A stretch of 64,000 nucleotides of DNA from Dudresnaya verticillata (lineage: Eukaryota), in NCBI GenBank assembly GCA_977862235.1, contig OZ374560.1, forward strand, positions 620,001-684,000, read 5' to 3'. Each line of letters opens with the position of its first letter. Within the stretch, counting starts at the first letter, position 1. Position numbers and translations under genes: made by a program. This document shows, piece after piece, positions 58,252 through 64,000 of the stretch. The notes under the pieces were generated by a model. The model had not been told where the DNA came from and did not search any database. It saw nothing but the letters and a program-made list of their open reading frames with translations.

Positions 58252-60682
58252 ATGTCGAGTCCTCCTGACCCGGTCGCTGCCGCTTCGGCCGCTGCCGGAA
58301 AAGTTGAGGACGCGACGCGTCGCACCTCAATACTGAGTACCATCGGTGTCTCCGGTACTCCTCTACACGACGTGAGGCTCGAGCGGAGGGCCGTGCTGCA
58401 AAAGGTCCTCGCCGGGAGTCTGGTCTCGGTGGCCGAACTCCAGCTCCTGTATGAGGAGACCATGGACTCGCTAGCCGAGGTGTACGACCACCTTACAGCT
58501 TCGATAGCTACAGCGAGGGATGACTGCCAGCAAGACCTGGACACGCTTCGACGCGGTACTTTGGCATCCATCGAGGACGGAATAACCCGGTCACAGAGGC
58601 TCCTCGATGAGCTACGCCGCCGCGTTGAGTTGATAGAGCGCGCGCCGACGCGGCAACGCCAGCGGGCTACGGACCCGTCGTCGGCGCAGCGCTCTCCTCT
58701 GCGACCACAGCCACGAGCAGGTGCAGTTAAGTAACTGGCCGCTGCCATACTTGCCGAGCAACGAGCTCGGCATCGCTTTCCTTCACCACCGCCATCTCCG
58801 CCTAGGAGTTCGGCGGGGTCGCACCATCCGAGTGGGGGCCCTAATCCGTTCTACGGGGTCGACCCCAGGTTGCTTCAACAGGCCCTCGACGGGCAAAACA
58901 CAAAGGGGGGACCGACCCCCCAACAGCACGAGGGCTCCGTCTCTGCCTATTGGCATTGGGGCCCACTCATGGCAGGCATCGAGCCATTAACCACGTTGGT
59001 GCCAGAGTTCGCTAAGGGTATCGACTACCGCTCTTACCGTCTCGATGACGTAGATCAGCGGGACAACCAACAGCAGGTGTGCAGCGGCAACACTGCGAAG
59101 ATTGTCAGCCGCATAAAGACCCTGATGCCCCGGCTCGACCGGTTCGACGGCAAGGGGCCGATTCGCCTGCTTGGTGTGCTTCGACAGCTACTCTAGGCAT
59201 TCAATGGCGTTGGACTATCCGAAGGCGCAGCGGCGCCTGTGGCGTCCTGGTTCCTCGATGGAACCGCGTCGCAGGTGTACTCGAGTCACCTGTTCTCTGG
59301 GGTGCGCACAACGCAGCTCGGCACCCCACCCTGTTGGGCCTCGGTGGTCAATACCCTCGTAGAGAGATTCGTCACGGACGAAGTCATCGCAGAAGCCCAT
59401 GACTGGCTGACCACCGCCAAGCAGAAGGACGCCGAGTCCGAGCTTGAGTTCGCCACTCGCCTCGAAGGGTATGCGGACGCCTGCGCTGGCGTGTACTCCG
59501 ATGAGAACTTGAAGCATCAGTTCCTTCGGGGCCTGCTGCCCACGACAAGACCCGCAGTGGCGGAGAAGGGCAGGCAGCTTCCTATGGTCGAACAGACCAA
59601 TTTTAGTACCGTTCGTCGGATTGATCATAGCGAGGGCACAACCTACCGCGCCCGTTCGGCAAAGGCAGCGCAACCTACGAACACCTCGGGGGGCGGCAGG
59701 TCAGGTGACAGCTTGGCAAGCGGCCGTACACTGCTCATCGAGGGCCCACCAAGCTATCCCAGCGGGGACGTTGCTATCGACAGCACAATGCCGGTGGACC
59801 CCGACGCCGACGGGTTCGAACCCGTGATGGTCGCACCCGTGCTATCGACAGCCGGGTCGACCGGGGCCGTCGAGACCCTCGACATCACAGGACGCATCGA
59901 CGCGGTCCTACCCAGCACATACCACCGCTCACTCCAACACAGGAGGCAATGGCACGCGCAGTCATCCCTGATCGACAGGGATGGTACATCTGCTGGTTCT
60001 GCCGCGAGGTAGGGCACATCATGTATTCGTGCCCGTACCCTACGAAGGAACAGCAGACGTACTGCGCGTATGCGAACTGCCAGCATCGAATGGAAACGCA
60101 GCCTCATTCGCGCAATATGCTCCAACAGCCCATCCACGAGCGCGCGCCAGCGGGCGCAAGGACAAGGGAAAAAACCCTGCACGGCGCTACGACGCGCCGC
60201 GGGGTGGGGACCGACGCTTCGAAGCGAGAGGTCCCCCGCCGCGCATGGGCGCAAAAAGGTACCGCGGAGAGCCGCAGGGGTACCGCGGGGACCGCCGAGA
60301 TCCGCGCCGCGAGTACCGCCAAGGCGACCCACCACAGTTCCGGCTGCGCGATAAGCGGGTCGGCTTTGACGAGCCCGCTGGCCGTCAACCTCAGGCATCG
60401 ACGCCTCCGAGGGCCGACCCGCGCCGCGAACCGCTCCGAGCAGTTATGACGGTGCAGGAGCACACCGGTCTCACCGCCGACGAGTGGCTTCCGCAAGCGC
60501 TCGACGCGTGGCACAAGGGAGAGGCAGCCAGCGGGCAGGAAAGCGATTTCCCTCTCCTTTTTGACACGCCTCCGCGATCGACGCTAGGCACCTCAGGGGT
60601 TACGAAACACCCAATCGTAACCGAGCACGAAAGCTCGGATTCCGAGGATAATTCTGACCGGGTCGATCCGGAAAAAGAATAA
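58252..60682 (+). pseudogene. gag: gag (stops and frameshifts) with CCHC knuckle
   Basis: AELQLLYEE, WHWGPL, RFDGKGPI, QKDAESELEFATRL, CWFCREVGHIMYSC; colinear with 31825-34272. Confidence 0.9.
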
Positions 60683-61780
60683 ATGCGGCGCCGCTCGTGC
60701 GGTCGCGCGCACTGTCTTGTCCAACACCAGAACCACCATCCCTTTCACCTTCGACGGCATTGGGGGCAGCGAACCCCCACGTCGAGCGCAGCGTCGCTTC
60801 GAAGGACACGAGCGACGTCCCGGTCGACGGGACGTTGTGGGCGACGCGTACCAAACCACCCTGACCGCAGTGGCGTCGACGCAAGCGACAGGCCAGGCGG
60901 AAAGGGCGCAGCTCCCCGATGGCGGGGCAGACGGTACCCGACGCTCTACGCGAGGGTACCGGGGCTCCATGCATCGACGCAGAGCCGGCCACTACCCCCA
61001 ATGGGTACGTGTGCCTCCTGTCCTCCGAGATTTACCGAGTGTCCGGGTCCCTCGGTGCGGACGCGCGGGTTATGATACCCCACACCATCGCGGTAGACAC
61101 CGGCTCCGGGTACAACCTCATCGCTCGAGGTGCCCTGCCTGCAGGCTGAGAGGAAAATGCGTCAGAGATCGACTCCGCGCCACGCCTGGCAGGCGCCGAC
61201 AAGACTCCGCTGAGGCTGTCCGGCGTCGTCCACCTCTCGATGAGGTTGGGGAACACGACGTTCCGCGTGCCTTTCATTGGCGCCGACACGCTCGCGGTCG
61301 ACGTACTGATAGGCACGCAGTTTATCAACGCGCACGTGCACGGGATCGACGTCGAGTCGAGAAGGCTGACGCTGAGGAAAGGGGGCTCGGTGCCCATCCT
61401 GAGCCGCAGGAGCCCTAGCGAGGGAACCGGTCCCGTAACGCAGCCGAAGAACCAATCGGTTTGTCGAAGAAGCACCAGCGGGAGCTCCTCGACTGGGATC
61501 ACGATACTCACACTATACGCTTCGCTAGGCAGGTGGTTGTCCCAGCCTACTCGCAGAGGCTCGTCTCTATGGTGTCGGGGGCCAGTGGGTTGATCCACAC
61601 GGAGCCCAAACCCTCGTTGCAGTTCCGCCACGGCGTGAGACTGACCAACGGTGTGCACGACATCGAGCCGCGCGGCGACCCTTCGGGGTTATTTTGAGCA
61701 ACTGGACGGACAAAACCCGGACCCTACCGAAGGGTACCGTGGTTAGCTATGCGGTCCGCAACCCAGTCGCCCTGATCAGG
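60670..61780 (+). pseudogene. pol: pol N-terminus: protease plus dUTPase-like linker, truncated
   Basis: PHTIAVDTGSGYNL, VDVLIGTQFI, GLIHTEPKPSLQFRHGVRLTNGVH, NWTDKTRTLPKGTVV. Confidence 0.88.
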
Positions 61781-63061
61781 CATTCGTTGCATTTTTTCGA
61801 AGGCAATCGATGCCTCACCCTACCCTGCAGTGGGCACCGAACCCAGGCAGGTCACCCTTGCGCCAGCGGCAGCGGCAGCAGCGCAAGAGGGGGCAGCAGA
61901 ACGCTGATTCCTTGCGCATCGAAGCGCACAAGGCGGCCGCCAGCTAAACAAGCCTGGGGCAGCGGCGCCGGGCTGGTCGCACGCACTCGCAAGCGGCGGT
62001 GAGACAAAGCCGCTACCTCGCCATCGCGCGTGACAGGTGTCGACGCCTCACGCACGCAAGGTAAGGGGCGCTGACTAGCGGCTACCGAAGCCGCTAACCA
62101 GCGCCGCGCAGGCGGCGCTACCTTCGCTCACGCCAGTGCAACCCAACGTGCCAGCCGCAGCGGCTGCTGAGCGAGGAGGGGTCACACCAGCGTGGGTGCA
62201 GAGCGGGCGCGTCGGCGCGCCCAAGGCCGTTGCTGTCGAAGCGAAGCGGTGTGGGACAAAGGGCAGCAGCCCGATCGCCATCTCACTCGGGTGCACCGAA
62301 GTGCCGTTGCACTCGATGTGCAACGGCACCGCAAAAGCGTGCGTCACGTTTGGCGTGCGTCCCGGCGCGGGGCGCACGCAGCGCATCGAGCGTGAAAAGT
62401 GTTCCGGCTACAGTACATACTGTAGCCAGGGGGTTGGGAAACACCCAACCAGGCCAGCGGACCGGAAGACAACAGCCAATGACAGGGGTTGCGAAAAAAT
62501 CCCCAGCCAACGATTGACTATAATTTGGGCGCAAACCGCCTCCAGGCGGGGAGCAACAGCAGCGGCTGATCGAGTAGCCAGGAGCGGCACGCCGCCGGCA
62601 AGTGGGCGTGAGGCAGCGGCCTCGCCGAAGCTAGCCGCAGTGGCACCAGGCGCTCAAGACGGGCGCACAAGGGCTACCACTGTGGCCCCCCATGCCAAGG
62701 CGGCATAACGCGCAGCGGCGCTGGGGAGCCACATGGGATCGGCACGCTTGCATATTGCACCTGAGCAGCGGCTCACGCAACCCCCGCGCCGAGACGACCG
62801 CTGTCGTAGCGCCGTGGAGACACACGCGAGCTCGATGCGCGCGCGCAGAACTCACCTTGGGCAGCGGCCCGACGTGGCGAGCTGCAGCGCCGGCGATCGC
62901 TTTCGCCAAAAGAAGTTTGCATCAACGCGGGCCGAAGCCATATCCCACCCCTTTCCCTTTAAACATGTCTATAGACGCAGCGGCGTAACTGGACTAAAAG
63001 GCGCAGCGGCGCTCTAATCGCTGGGTACCGTGGCACCCGCGAGCACTATGCGTCGATCGCA

Positions 63062-64000
63062 TTATTGGGCAGCGCTGCCCCCGGTCCCCGCTCCCGGCTG
63101 TGCAGTCGTCGACGACGTAAAGCCAGGGGCGGAGGGGTCATAGCCGGTCACCTCGGTCGCAGCGTGCGGCTGAGCTGGCGCAGCAGCGACCGCCGCGGTA
63201 CCCGACACGCGGTACACCGCAGCGGCGCCAGCGGCGCGCCCGCTAACCCAGCGGGGCTCACTTGCCCCACTGGGGGACCATACCCCTGCGGCACGTAGCC
63301 CGGGGGACGGGCGCAGTGGCGCCCGGCTGCTGTGGGACTCCACCGCCCTGCACCACCATCGATGGGGTGTAGCGGGAGGGACCCCATGGGAGCACATGGC
63401 CGGCGGGCCGGGAGGCATAAGGCAGCATCGGTTGCTGCGCAGCCTGCGCTGGCGCATACGACGGCATCGGCTGCTGCGTCGGAGCCAGCATTGGGGGCGG
63501 CTGATACACCTCCCGTGCCCGCTTGCAGAGGGATCCAACGACTGGGGACGAGCGGGCAGCGCGCCTCAGCTTCCCTGTAGTCGTTGCGCATCGTGCACAA
63601 ACCTATCCCGCTCGGTGCGGTAGCGGAGGGAAATGGAGTTCGCAGCGGCGAAATCGTCATGCGTCCCCGTTATCTGTACCGCAAAGGCGGTAAAAAGAGT
63701 GCGCGACGGTGCGTCCTCACCCAACTGTACCAGCGCAGCGGCGCGGCGTACGTTTTGGTCACTCCAGAGGCTCGCCGCCGCCGGCACGTCGATCGCATCA
63801 GTTGTCGGTGGCGGCACATAAGCGGCCACCGCCATCGACGGCGGTGGGCCATATCTCACCGCCTGCCTCGACTGCGTATAGGCAGCGGGCAGCGGATCGG
63901 CCGCTGCCTACCGCTCCTGACCTCCACCCATGGCAGCGGCCGGGGGAGGCGGTGTCACAGCTCGGGGTGCCGGTGCCGCGACGCATGGCACCGGTGGTAG
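63062..64000 (-). pseudogene. Probable C-terminal part of an antisense accessory ORF (helical segment plus P/Q/G/Y-rich tail)
   Basis: Fragments 63566-63859, 63258-63509 and the end of 63062-63538 are antisense to the element; architecture parallels 25702-26163. Confidence 0.5.

Larger units (their letters stand above)
57411..64000 (+). mobile_element. Gypsy element (family C-related LTR): 5' LTR, PBS, gag, PR, dUTPase-like linker; RT-RH-IN absent; probable 3' extra region runs off the window
   Basis: LTR TGTAGTCTAG...CTATACTACG 57411-58184; PBS TGGCCTCCCGACCTAGAA; homology to pol stops near 61780. Confidence 0.8.

Overview
Eukaryotic, transposon-dense 64-kb window; element and gene style suggest a red alga (inference only). 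About 75% is nested retroelements. There are six Ty3/Gypsy chromovirus-type copies, one full-length at 22643-35186 (LTRs, TSD, PBS, PPT and an open 1265-codon RT-RH-IN-chromodomain frame). The rest are three TSD-flanked solo LTRs, two decayed DIRS-like tyrosine-recombinase elements, a truncated LINE, a pogo-derived miniature element and a Ty1/Copia derivative. A small host-gene island (about 12.4-21.2 kb) holds a Tudor-like gene and two paralogous genes sharing a domain I do not recognise. Most notable: (1) chromoviruses of three LTR families carry a conserved, unidentified protein gene on the antisense strand between pol and the 3' LTR, and one relative has different cargo in that slot; (2) a Copia unit with two near-identical INVERTED 298-bp LTRs and a 5-bp TSD, whose gag ATG lies inside its half-tRNAiMet primer-binding site; (3) a dUTPase-like segment between protease and RT. 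All alignments were done by eye; no database searches were run.
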